From contig CAZZBP010000002.1 of assembly GCA_964652755.1 (NCBI GenBank), positions 34,367 through 98,366 on the forward strand: a stretch of DNA of 64,000 nt, written 5' to 3'. Shown here piece by piece: positions 36,941 through 44,596 of this stretch. Under the pieces are notes generated by a model that was not told the DNA's origin, did no database searches, and worked only from the letters and a program-made list of their open reading frames with translations. The DNA is from an uncultured Dehalococcoidia bacterium (GTDB taxonomy: Bacteria > Chloroflexota > Dehalococcoidia > Lucifugimonadales > UBA826). Position 1 is the stretch's first letter; every line of letters begins with the position of its first letter. A program made the position numbers and the translations under genes.

Positions 36941-37230
36941 CCAGATAGTTCTTTCTGGTCACTGTCTGGTTCTGGGTCTAAAGTTATGACATCTCTGGAT
37001 CTGAAATAGATCCCCCATTTTTGCATTAGTGTTCTAATCCTTTTGTCATCGAGATCGGTCATTTCTTTGAAGAATCCTGCCAGCGCATGAGCGTGAATCA
37101 GATTGTCCGCACATACCCAGTTTCCCTCCGCCGAAACTACATAAATAAGGCCGTTTTGGTGTTCGCACTGCAGCTCAACACGCTTTGTGCCACCACTGCC
37201 CTCGCGAACGTTCATTCCAAGATCTGCCAT
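36937..37230 (-). CDS. Hypothetical small protein (97 aa)
   Basis: An ORF with coding-like composition, convergent with the TPR gene and overlapping it by 4 nt. No motif recognised. Confidence 0.35.
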   Translation of the reverse strand: MADLGMNVREGSGGTKRVELQCEHQNGLIYVVSAEGNWVCADNLIHAHALAGFFKEMTDLDDKRIRTLMQKWGIYFRSRDVITLDPEPDSDQKELSG

Positions 37231-37393
37231 AATGTCTCTCTGAATTAATTCCTATTTAAATTCATGATTTAGGTCAATTGTATCTGGGATCATTAATTTT
37301 GTGGTCGAAATTATTGTTTCAGGCACCGCTGATATAATTCGGTCTCGGAACTTACTGACGAAAACCAACCTTTTTGTTCGGGGAGGCAAATTA

Positions 37394-38035
37394 ATGACAC
37401 CTCATGTTACAGATGGCAATCTGCATATATATAAAGTCAAGTGTGGCCCATACGACAACAATGCTTATATTGTTATGTGTTCGAAGACTAGGGAAAGCAT
37501 AGTTATAGATACCCCTGCTGAACCGGGAGAACTGATAGCGATTGCTTCCACAACCAATGTAAAAGCCATATTGATAACGCACAACCACATGGATCACTTG
37601 CTAGGTTTCGAAGAAGTAACATCTGAAATTTCAGCTCCTGTTGGGATTGGAAGCCCCGACGCTGCTGTCCTTCCGAGAGAGCCAGATTTTCTTCTAGAGA
37701 ACGGGTGTGAGGTGGTAGCTGGTAACGAGGTGTTGATGCCTATATTCACTCCGGGACATACTGACGGGTCAACTTGTTTGTGGACAGGGACTCATTTGTT
37801 TACAGGCGACACGCTGTTTCCGGGAGGACCGGGGAAAAGCCGTTCGCCTGAGGCATTGTCTCAGTTGATTGAAAGCATTAAGTCCAATCTTCTTACCCTG
37901 CCCCAGGGAATAAATTTTTATCCTGGCCATGGAGATGACGGTAGTCTTGATGTAACAAAAGAAGAGTACAAGGTATATTCGTCTAAAGAACACCCAGCTG
38001 ACCTTTGTGGTGATGTTGAATGGCTCAAGAATTGA
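37394..38035 (+). CDS. MBL-fold metallo-hydrolase (glyoxalase II-like)
   Basis: It has the H-x-H-x-D-H motif (ILITHNHMDHLLG), with later GHT.G and GH..D ligands. ATG 37394 has a GGGAGG RBS 7 nt upstream. The ORF track starts at an upstream GTG (37301). Confidence 0.85.
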   Translation: MTPHVTDGNLHIYKVKCGPYDNNAYIVMCSKTRESIVIDTPAEPGELIAIASTTNVKAILITHNHMDHLLGFEEVTSEISAPVGIGSPDAAVLPREPDFLLENGCEVVAGNEVLMPIFTPGHTDGSTCLWTGTHLFTGDTLFPGGPGKSRSPEALSQLIESIKSNLLTLPQGINFYPGHGDDGSLDVTKEEYKVYSSKEHPADLCGDVEWLKN

Positions 38036-38720
38036 AGTCTTAGACGAAATATACTTGGAACAGGGCCAGATTTTATTAAAGGGCTTTTTCGTCTTATTTG
38101 TTACGTATGCTTTGATTGTTGCGTTGCGACTAGTTTTTGGCGTGAGCCCGGCGGAAAGCACTTATTCCGCTCTTCTTCCTTGGGTTCTGTCGCTTCCCCA
38201 GTTGGCGCTGTTGGTATTTGTGTGGCAGGTTCGCGTCCGCCGTAAGTCGTCGTGGAAAGCTATAGGGTTTTGCAGCCCTAATCTTCAAGCTAGTTATCAA
38301 TTATCATTATTATGCGTCCCGCTCAACCTTATTTTGGCTGCATCTTACGCCTATGGAGCCCTTCGATTAGGTGTCGATTTATTGTTAACTCCCATGGTGC
38401 CGAAGGATATTTTGGGAGACGGATTAATGGTTATTGTAAATCTGGTTGCTATAGTCGTATGGGTGCCAGTAGTAGAGGAGATATTTTTTCGGGGATTCCT
38501 ACTAAAAACTATGCTAGAAAGGCACAGTGTTTATGTGGCGATTCCTGCTTCATCCCTACTCTTTGCTCTTCTGCACGGACATTTAGGACTCCTAGTGCCG
38601 GTGTTATTAAGTTCTATCGTCATTTCGATATTGTATATACACACCCGGTCTTTATTGCCCCCGATTCTTGCTCACTCGACGCAAAACCTGGTGGTTTCTG
38701 TGGTTGCGGTGTCAGCCTGA
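38007..38720 (+). CDS. CPBP-family intramembrane glutamic protease (CAAX protease/Abi family)
   Basis: The conserved motifs VPVVEEIFFRGFL (EExxxR), FALLHG (FxxxH) and a late ..H...N.. are embedded in TM helices. The start could also be ATG 38013. Confidence 0.8.
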   Translation: MVMLNGSRIEVLDEIYLEQGQILLKGFFVLFVTYALIVALRLVFGVSPAESTYSALLPWVLSLPQLALLVFVWQVRVRRKSSWKAIGFCSPNLQASYQLSLLCVPLNLILAASYAYGALRLGVDLLLTPMVPKDILGDGLMVIVNLVAIVVWVPVVEEIFFRGFLLKTMLERHSVYVAIPASSLLFALLHGHLGLLVPVLLSSIVISILYIHTRSLLPPILAHSTQNLVVSVVAVSA

Positions 38721-38798
38721 ATTGAGGAAAATGGGGAACGAGTCAGGGTGAAAACTTTTTTACGACATTAGCCTTATGAATTTCGCACGGATGCTTTT

Positions 38799-39587
38799 TT
38801 GAAAAACAGAATCGATTACTGCCTAGAAAAAATTAAGTCAGAAAACAGGTCAGCGTTGGTTCCCTATCTCACTGTCGGCTATCCCCGTGCCAGCATATCT
38901 GAGAGTTTAGCTACTGCCATTCTTGCCAATGGTGCTGATATGCTGGAACTCGGGATTCCATTCAGCGATCCTTTAGCGGATGGCCCTACAATTCAGATGA
39001 CTAGTTTCCACGCATTGAAAAATGGAACAAACGTACAGACAGCAATTGATACGGTGACCGGATTACGTTCAACAGATATTGAAGCCCCTCTAGTATTCAT
39101 GGGATATTTCAACCCTTTCCTGCAATATGGGATTTCAAGATTCTTGAGAGTTGCATCTGATGCTGGTCTTGATGGGCTAATTGTTCCGGACCTGCCTTCC
39201 GAAGAATCCAAGTTAATTGCAGCTGAATCAAGGAACGTAGGGATTCATCTAATTCCACTATTAGCACCAACCAGCACCGACGAACGCATAGAATCCGCTT
39301 GTTCAGAAGCTGGTGGGTTCATTTATTGTGTTAGTTTGACTGGTGTTACTGGGGCTCGAAGTCGACTGTCTACCGGTGTGGAAATGCTTGTAAAGCGTAT
39401 TCGCAAATATACTAATTTGCCGGTGCTTGTCGGGTTTGGTGTATCTAGCAAAGAAGATGTTGATAGGATTGGTAAATTCGCTGATGGTGCTGTGGTAGGA
39501 AGTGCCCTTCTGGACGCTATATGTAAATCAAAAGAAGGTGAAGAAATTGAAGTTGCTTCTAGCTTTATCAATGGATTGGTAACCTAG
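38799..39587 (+). CDS. trpA: Tryptophan synthase alpha chain
   Basis: ..ALVPYLTVGYP.., ..GADMLELGIPFSDPLADGPTIQ.. and ..YCVS.TGVTG.. motifs are present. TTG start. No trpB is adjacent. Confidence 0.92.
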   Translation: MKNRIDYCLEKIKSENRSALVPYLTVGYPRASISESLATAILANGADMLELGIPFSDPLADGPTIQMTSFHALKNGTNVQTAIDTVTGLRSTDIEAPLVFMGYFNPFLQYGISRFLRVASDAGLDGLIVPDLPSEESKLIAAESRNVGIHLIPLLAPTSTDERIESACSEAGGFIYCVSLTGVTGARSRLSTGVEMLVKRIRKYTNLPVLVGFGVSSKEDVDRIGKFADGAVVGSALLDAICKSKEGEEIEVASSFINGLVT

Positions 39588-39623
39588 ACTTCGGGGTCTA
39601 AATTAAGAGGGACGGATAGCTAT

Positions 39624-40001
39624 ATGTCTAGAGTCAGGGCTATAAGAGGGGCAACCACTTCTTACGAGAATACTAAGGATGGGATCGTGGAAGCTACCTT
39701 GGAAATGATAGGGGCATTGGTTGAAGCAAATGATTTGCAAACTGAAGATGTTATAAGTGCGTTTTTCACGACCACTAAAGACTTGAATGCCGAATTTCCT
39801 GCAGTCGCTGCTCGAAAATTCGGCTGGGTTGATGTTGCGTTGATGAACGCTCATGAAATGTTCGTTTCGGATGCTCAGGAAAGATGTATCAGAGTAATGG
39901 TTCATGTACATTCTGAAAAATCTCCTAAGGAGATAAATAATGTCTATTTAAGGGACGCTATTAACCTTAGAAAACGCGGATTTGAGGATGAGGATCAATA
40001 A
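39624..40001 (+). CDS. aroH: AroH-class (monofunctional, trimeric type) chorismate mutase
   Basis: The N-terminus MSRVRAIRGATT and the ..FFTTTKDLNAEFPA.AAR..GW..V.. and ..IRVM.H.. motifs match the AroH family pattern. 125 aa. Confidence 0.85.
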   Translation: MSRVRAIRGATTSYENTKDGIVEATLEMIGALVEANDLQTEDVISAFFTTTKDLNAEFPAVAARKFGWVDVALMNAHEMFVSDAQERCIRVMVHVHSEKSPKEINNVYLRDAINLRKRGFEDEDQ

Positions 40002-40009
40002 TAGCTCTA

Positions 40010-40393
40010 TTATTCCTGTCTTTCTGTAGGTTGTTGTAAAAGTTGAATAATATTACCGTCCGGGTCCTTGAAAGTCGCTACTTTGCCCCCCCAGTGTTCC
40101 CGTTCCGGTTCTCTTAAGAATCTTACTCCCATGGATTTCAACCTTTCCGTTGTGGCTTTGATATCCTGAACATTGAAATTCATCATGATCCTATAAGGGT
40201 CGATTGCGTCTCCCGACACAGAAGAATGTTTTCCTAGACTGAATCTCACGCTGTAGGGTCCCATATCCCATTTGAATGCTACGAAGTCATCGCGTATCGA
40301 ATGTGGATCCAAACCCATTGTCTTCTGATAGAAATACGAAAGACGATCAAGATTTTCTGTCCAAACTATAACCCCAGAAAGATTCTCTATCAT
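40010..40393 (-). CDS. VOC-family protein (glyoxalase/bleomycin resistance/dioxygenase fold)
   Basis: 127 aa, starting ..IVWTENLDRL..FY...GL.. and ending ..W.GG.VATFKDPDGN.I.L.Q, typical of the VOC fold. Confidence 0.8.
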   Translation of the reverse strand: MIENLSGVIVWTENLDRLSYFYQKTMGLDPHSIRDDFVAFKWDMGPYSVRFSLGKHSSVSGDAIDPYRIMMNFNVQDIKATTERLKSMGVRFLREPEREHWGGKVATFKDPDGNIIQLLQQPTERQE

Positions 40394-40466
40394 GGTGAAT
40401 TCACTCTCCTACGTGTCTCGATGATGCTCAATTACAAGGATCTCTCAATTTAATGTCATTTACCTG

Positions 40467-40496
40467 TTCATTAGATTCTCTGATGATAGGTATAAT
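40467..40496 (+). promoter_or_regulatory. Candidate sigma70-type promoter with no annotated gene downstream
   Basis: A perfect -10 TATAAT lies at 40491-40496, and a -35-like TTCATT at 40467-40472 (18-nt spacer). It sits in the gap between two minus-strand genes. Confidence 0.4.
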
Positions 40497-40502
40497 ACTT
40501 TT

Positions 40503-40666
40503 TAGGAGACTAAAAAGTTGGGTGGAAGAAAGTTTAACAATGGGTCTCCGAAAGGAGGTAAGTCGCGTTGGATAGTAGTAGTAGGAGGTCGACCAGGTAG
40601 GTGTTCTCTGGAACGCCTCCACATGTAGGGGCTTCCGTGGTTATTTCCACGGGGGCCTCTTTTTTT
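40503..40666 (+). ncRNA. Candidate small RNA, or a micro-ORF transcript of about 165 nt (family unknown)
   Basis: It is bracketed by the promoter above and a strong intrinsic terminator. Internal hairpins are GGAGAC(40505-10)/GTCTCC(40544-49) and GGAGG-TCGA-CCAG...CTGG-AACG-CCTCC (40584-40620). It also holds a possible 36-codon ORF (TTG 40518 to TAG 40628, AGGAG 9 nt upstream). Confidence 0.35.
40630..40666 (+). terminator. Rho-independent terminator oriented for the plus strand
   Basis: The stem GGCTTCCGTGG / CCACGGGGGCC has 11 bp including 2 G-U pairs, with loop TTATTT. It is followed by TC and a run of seven T (40660-40666). On the minus strand no U-tract follows the hairpin. Confidence 0.7.
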
Positions 40667-40670
40667 CAAA

Positions 40671-41624
40671 TCAAGTACCTTCAAAAAATTTGCGTGGATT
40701 GTTGATCATCAAATCGTCTAGTTGCCCTTGCGAAGCGCCCATCTCTCTCAGGCGGGGGAGAACCTTTCTGGTTATAAATAAATAACCATCAGGGTTAAAT
40801 TTTTTTCTTGTGTCCTGACCTTCCTCTGAATCTATACTCAATGTCACGGACCAGTCATGGCCTAACATGACACGTTTGCCATACCCATCTGATATCAATT
40901 TCATGGCGGTCTCAGTTCGACCTTCCCAATCGGGTGTCCCGGGAGATCTTCCGCCTGGGTACCGGTCAAGACCAATCCACACTCCCTTATCCATAAGTCC
41001 TTCCAAGTAAAATGTGTCTGTGGTGTCATTGCTATGGCCTATATAGACGCGATTGAGGTCAACGCCCTCATCCTCAAAGATCCGAACTTGTTGCTCTCCG
41101 ACCCTTTCAGGGGCCCAAGTGTGGGTTGATATTGGAATACCAGTTGCCTTTTGAGTTCGCGCAGCGGCTCGCAATATTATCTCCCCTTCTCTGGTAACCC
41201 CTCCCATGTCATTTGCAACTTTGATTATGCCGGCTTTGATACCTGTACCCTCTATCCCGACCTCGATTTCTCGTTTATACAATTTGGCGACACTGTCTGG
41301 AGTGGCGTTCCAGAACGCCCGAGGAATATCCCTCCATGTTCCTGTTGCACAGATAATATTTATCCCCGACTCTCTAGATACTTGTTCAATTAGTCTAATA
41401 TCCCTGCCCAAATCTATTGTGGAAACATCGATAATGCTGTTGAGTCCTTCATTCTTTGCCTCACGTAACTGCTTAATGCCTTCTGTAATCGATTCTTCTC
41501 TTTTTATAAACTCAGGATATATGTGCGGGATTCCTGCTGAGCTGACTACGACATGTTCGTGAGAAAGGGTAAACCCTAGGTCTGAAGAATCAATTGGGCC
41601 TAGGACCGATTGAATTCTAACCAT
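40671..41624 (-). CDS. Phosphotriesterase-family (PTE/PLL lactonase-like) amidohydrolase
   Basis: ..LGFTLSHEHV.. (the G-x-T-L-x-H-E-H metal site) is present, with later ..ISTHT.. and ..IGHSND.. / ..LGHD.. ligand motifs typical of PTE homology proteins. Confidence 0.85.
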   Translation of the reverse strand: MVRIQSVLGPIDSSDLGFTLSHEHVVVSSAGIPHIYPEFIKREESITEGIKQLREAKNEGLNSIIDVSTIDLGRDIRLIEQVSRESGINIICATGTWRDIPRAFWNATPDSVAKLYKREIEVGIEGTGIKAGIIKVANDMGGVTREGEIILRAAARTQKATGIPISTHTWAPERVGEQQVRIFEDEGVDLNRVYIGHSNDTTDTFYLEGLMDKGVWIGLDRYPGGRSPGTPDWEGRTETAMKLISDGYGKRVMLGHDWSVTLSIDSEEGQDTRKKFNPDGYLFITRKVLPRLREMGASQGQLDDLMINNPRKFFEGT

Positions 41625-41672
41625 CCATTAGCTCCTGTATTTTTTTCCTGATCTAAAAACCATGGAATACTT

Positions 41673-42458
41673 CTAATCGACGGCGCCTATAATAGGATTG
41701 GTAAGTATACCTACACCGCTAATTTCCACTTCGCAAACATCGCCAGGCTTCATATTTTCTGCAGCGCCGTCCGTGCCCATCCAAATCACATCTCCCGGGT
41801 ATAGTGTCATGTATTTAGTCATCTCAGAAATGTACTTCTGAACGCCAAAAATCATATCGTTTGTTGGGAAGCTGATTAATTCACGGCCATTCAATCGTAC
41901 TGTCGTGACCATCTCATCCAAGTCAGCGTCCGTTTCTATCCAAGGACCCATAGGTTTGAATGTATCAGTATTCTTGGCCCTCCATAGAGTTCTATCTGAT
42001 GCTTGCCAAGACCTCTCACTCACGTCGTTGCCGACGGTGTAACCGAGTACGCAGTCTAAAGCGTTCTCTTCAGTTAAGTGCTTGGCTTCTTTACCGATTA
42101 CTACTACTAACTCTCCCTCGTATTGAACTTTCTCAGTCGCGTCGGGAGGTATTATTATCGGGTCTTCGTGGCCAATAATTGCATTTACTGCACGGTATCC
42201 TATGTCAGCCTTGTTTGGGATGTTAGGTTCTCGTCCCAATAGAGCGGCAGCTTCGCGGACATGGGTTTCATAATTCACCCCTGCCGCATAAAAGGTTGGA
42301 GGAATTACTGGGGGTAGCAGATGGATATTTTCATACGAATGAATTGTTTCCGACTCTGTGTAAGCGTTGAAGGGAGTACCATAGACCTCTCTTACGGTGT
42401 CGCCGGTGATGATTCCGTAAAATGTTTTACCGTCTGATTCATACCTCACCCATTTCAT
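41673..42458 (-). CDS. Fumarylacetoacetate hydrolase (FAH) family protein
   Basis: ..YEGELVVVIGK.., ..GYTVGNDVSER..Q.. and ..W..AK..DTF.P.GPW.. motifs are present. The ATG overlaps the stop of the upstream LLM gene (ATGA). Confidence 0.88.
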   Translation of the reverse strand: MKWVRYESDGKTFYGIITGDTVREVYGTPFNAYTESETIHSYENIHLLPPVIPPTFYAAGVNYETHVREAAALLGREPNIPNKADIGYRAVNAIIGHEDPIIIPPDATEKVQYEGELVVVIGKEAKHLTEENALDCVLGYTVGNDVSERSWQASDRTLWRAKNTDTFKPMGPWIETDADLDEMVTTVRLNGRELISFPTNDMIFGVQKYISEMTKYMTLYPGDVIWMGTDGAAENMKPGDVCEVEISGVGILTNPIIGAVD

Positions 42459-43573
42459 AGAAGTGCTCTCCTATCTGCTATCTTTCCCTTCAAAAGTGGC
42501 AACATATTAGCTGAGACTCTGTCACATTCTTCGATATGCGGATAACCAGACAGTATAAACTCGTCTATGCCTATGTCCCAATACCCGAGTAGCTCTTCCG
42601 CGACTTGTTCAGGGTCGCCAACCACGGCAGTGCCGCAGTTTACTCTTACGGTTGATATACCATTCCATAGATGTTGTCCGACTCTGTGATTCTGGTAACT
42701 TCTTGCTTGAGATTGTTGTCCGACCATAGGGGTACCTGAAAATGCGGTTTGTCTTTGTCTTTGTACGGACGAGTCGCTTCTTGAGAGAAGTTCCTCTGCA
42801 GCCTGCCATGCTTCCCGCTCCGTGTCCCGAACAATTATGTGAGTGCGCAATCCAAACTTGGCTGGACGGCCCGTTATCGCGTGCCTTTCCCTCGCTTTCT
42901 CCAAATGTGGTCCAAGAATTTCCTTCGGTAGAATCCACGCGAGGTAAGTGTCACCTTGTCGCGCTGACAAGTTTAGGGCTCTATCTGAAGCTCCGCCGAT
43001 ATAAAAACCAGGATCTCCGTAGGGGCCTGGTGAGCAAATCGCTCCATTCAGATTGATTATATCGCCAGAAAAATCAACCGGCTCGGGTTTTTCCCATAAC
43101 GCACGGCAGGCTGCAATGAACTCTTCAGCTCTTTCATATCGGGTTGCATGATCGGATCTTTCACCTAACCTTTCGAAATCCCCTTGTATTCCTCCAGGAA
43201 CTATGTTGATATCTAGTCTTCCCTTGGAAATCTGATCCAGTGTGGCGGCCATCTGTGCAAATAATCCGGTCGATATAAAGCCTGGTCTAACCGCGACCAA
43301 GAATCTTATCTTGCTGCTAATTGCGGCGAGAGCTGTGACCATAGTCCAGGTTTCTGCGAGGGGTTGGTTTTCATCGAAAAGTCCGTTTGCGAATCTCGTC
43401 GGAATTAAAAGCGAATAGAAACCTTTAGCCTCAGCAGTTTCGACAACGCCCTTGAGATATTCGAAGGTTGGAGGTCTCTCGGCATTCACCGTTCCGATGT
43501 GTTCTCCGTCACCGTCAATCGGAATGAACCAGTCGAATCTAGGCTCAGACCTTTCTTGTGAACGAGATTGCAT
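42455..43573 (-). CDS. Luciferase-like monooxygenase (LLM-class, SsuD/alkanesulfonate monooxygenase-like)
   Basis: ..FDWFIP.DGD.., ..AE..GF.S.LIPT.., ..F.VAVRPG.. and ..A..DQIS.GRL.INIV.GG.. motifs are typical of SsuD-like FMNH2-dependent monooxygenases. Confidence 0.85.
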   Translation of the reverse strand: MQSRSQERSEPRFDWFIPIDGDGEHIGTVNAERPPTFEYLKGVVETAEAKGFYSLLIPTRFANGLFDENQPLAETWTMVTALAAISSKIRFLVAVRPGFISTGLFAQMAATLDQISKGRLDINIVPGGIQGDFERLGERSDHATRYERAEEFIAACRALWEKPEPVDFSGDIINLNGAICSPGPYGDPGFYIGGASDRALNLSARQGDTYLAWILPKEILGPHLEKARERHAITGRPAKFGLRTHIIVRDTEREAWQAAEELLSRSDSSVQRQRQTAFSGTPMVGQQSQARSYQNHRVGQHLWNGISTVRVNCGTAVVGDPEQVAEELLGYWDIGIDEFILSGYPHIEECDRVSANMLPLLKGKIADRRALL

Positions 43574-43704
43574 CTCTGAAGACCTCCCAATCTGAGCCTA
43601 AGCGGTCTCGATTATAAGCGTGAGTCAGATTTATTTACATTGCTGGCTTTAATTATCAGATATTCACTAGACGAGTATATAAGGGCGTAAGCTTGGATGT
43701 ACAT

Positions 43705-44505
43705 TCATACTTTCGAATGGATAGGACTTGCGATCTGTGTGTTGTCCGGTAGGGTTTCTATCGTGAAATCTCCGAATAACAAAGGGGCTTCCTTCTTCAG
43801 AATCCGCAGCATCTCAATAGCAAGATATCGAATCTCCCAATCAGCGAATATAGCACCTCGCATCTCTATAAAATGACGCAGAGCACGAACGTTAGCCGTG
43901 ACAAATATTTTCGTTTCGGTAGCATTTGGTAGAACCGAACGTGCTGCTTGTCTTATGGCCTTTCTACGGTCGGTGTTTAACTCAAATAGGTCCCGCGGTA
44001 ATGTCTCTTCCAAAGCTTTGACCAATTCCACATAGCTATCAGCAGCTTTTGATAGGGCATTATCTAGGACGTTACGTGCAGCTTCTATTCCTTCTCGGCT
44101 AGCAGCAAGTGCTGGTGGTACGACGAAACTGCCTTCCGTCTCGTCTACATATCGTTGTGACCTTTGACTGTAGGCGAATCCGGAACGATGTCTTACAAGC
44201 TCGTGGGTAAGGCTTCTAGAAACTCCTGTGATAATAAATCCGTAATTTACGTGCTCAAAAACGCTTCCATCTTTGGAACTAAGCAAGTTATTAATGAAGT
44301 CCGTTATATCCCTTCTCCCACGACCATAACTCATGTAACACATGCGTGCCGAAATCTCTATAACAGCTGCAGATTCGTCATTCCCAGCACGAACTGAATC
44401 TGGGATAGGAGGTACGTTTTCTTCTTCAAAAAATTCAGCAATACTTTTCCAATCTACTGATGGGCGCGTTACTAGGTAGATGCTTGGGGTTTCTTTCAAT
44501 GACAT
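43705..44505 (-). CDS. thyX: FAD-dependent thymidylate synthase
   Basis: The ThyX signature ELVRHRSGFAYSQRSQRY (R-H-R-x7-S) is present. 266 aa. Confidence 0.93.
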   Translation of the reverse strand: MSLKETPSIYLVTRPSVDWKSIAEFFEEENVPPIPDSVRAGNDESAAVIEISARMCYMSYGRGRRDITDFINNLLSSKDGSVFEHVNYGFIITGVSRSLTHELVRHRSGFAYSQRSQRYVDETEGSFVVPPALAASREGIEAARNVLDNALSKAADSYVELVKALEETLPRDLFELNTDRRKAIRQAARSVLPNATETKIFVTANVRALRHFIEMRGAIFADWEIRYLAIEMLRILKKEAPLLFGDFTIETLPDNTQIASPIHSKV

Positions 44506-44596
44506 TTAGGACTCCGAGCACTAAAGGGATTGAAGATAGTCTAACACTTGGGATTGATAAACATCCGCAACGTTTATCTAAAATTCTCATCGTGAT

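Noticed and set aside
40503-40666. Identity of the candidate RNA as SRP (4.5S) RNA, 6S RNA or a known riboswitch.
   Set aside because: An ACCAGGT stretch is superficially SRP-like, but the conserved GGAA/AGCAG domain IV pattern is absent. I could recognise no TPP, cobalamin, SAM or purine riboswitch core, and no downstream plus-strand gene exists for a riboswitch.
40428-40684. Two overlapping minus-strand ORFs (40428-40622 and 40502-40684) in the VOC/PTE gap.
   Set aside because: They overlap each other in different frames and have odd composition (Pro/Arg/Thr-rich) with no RBS. The region is better explained by plus-strand promoter, hairpin and terminator signals.
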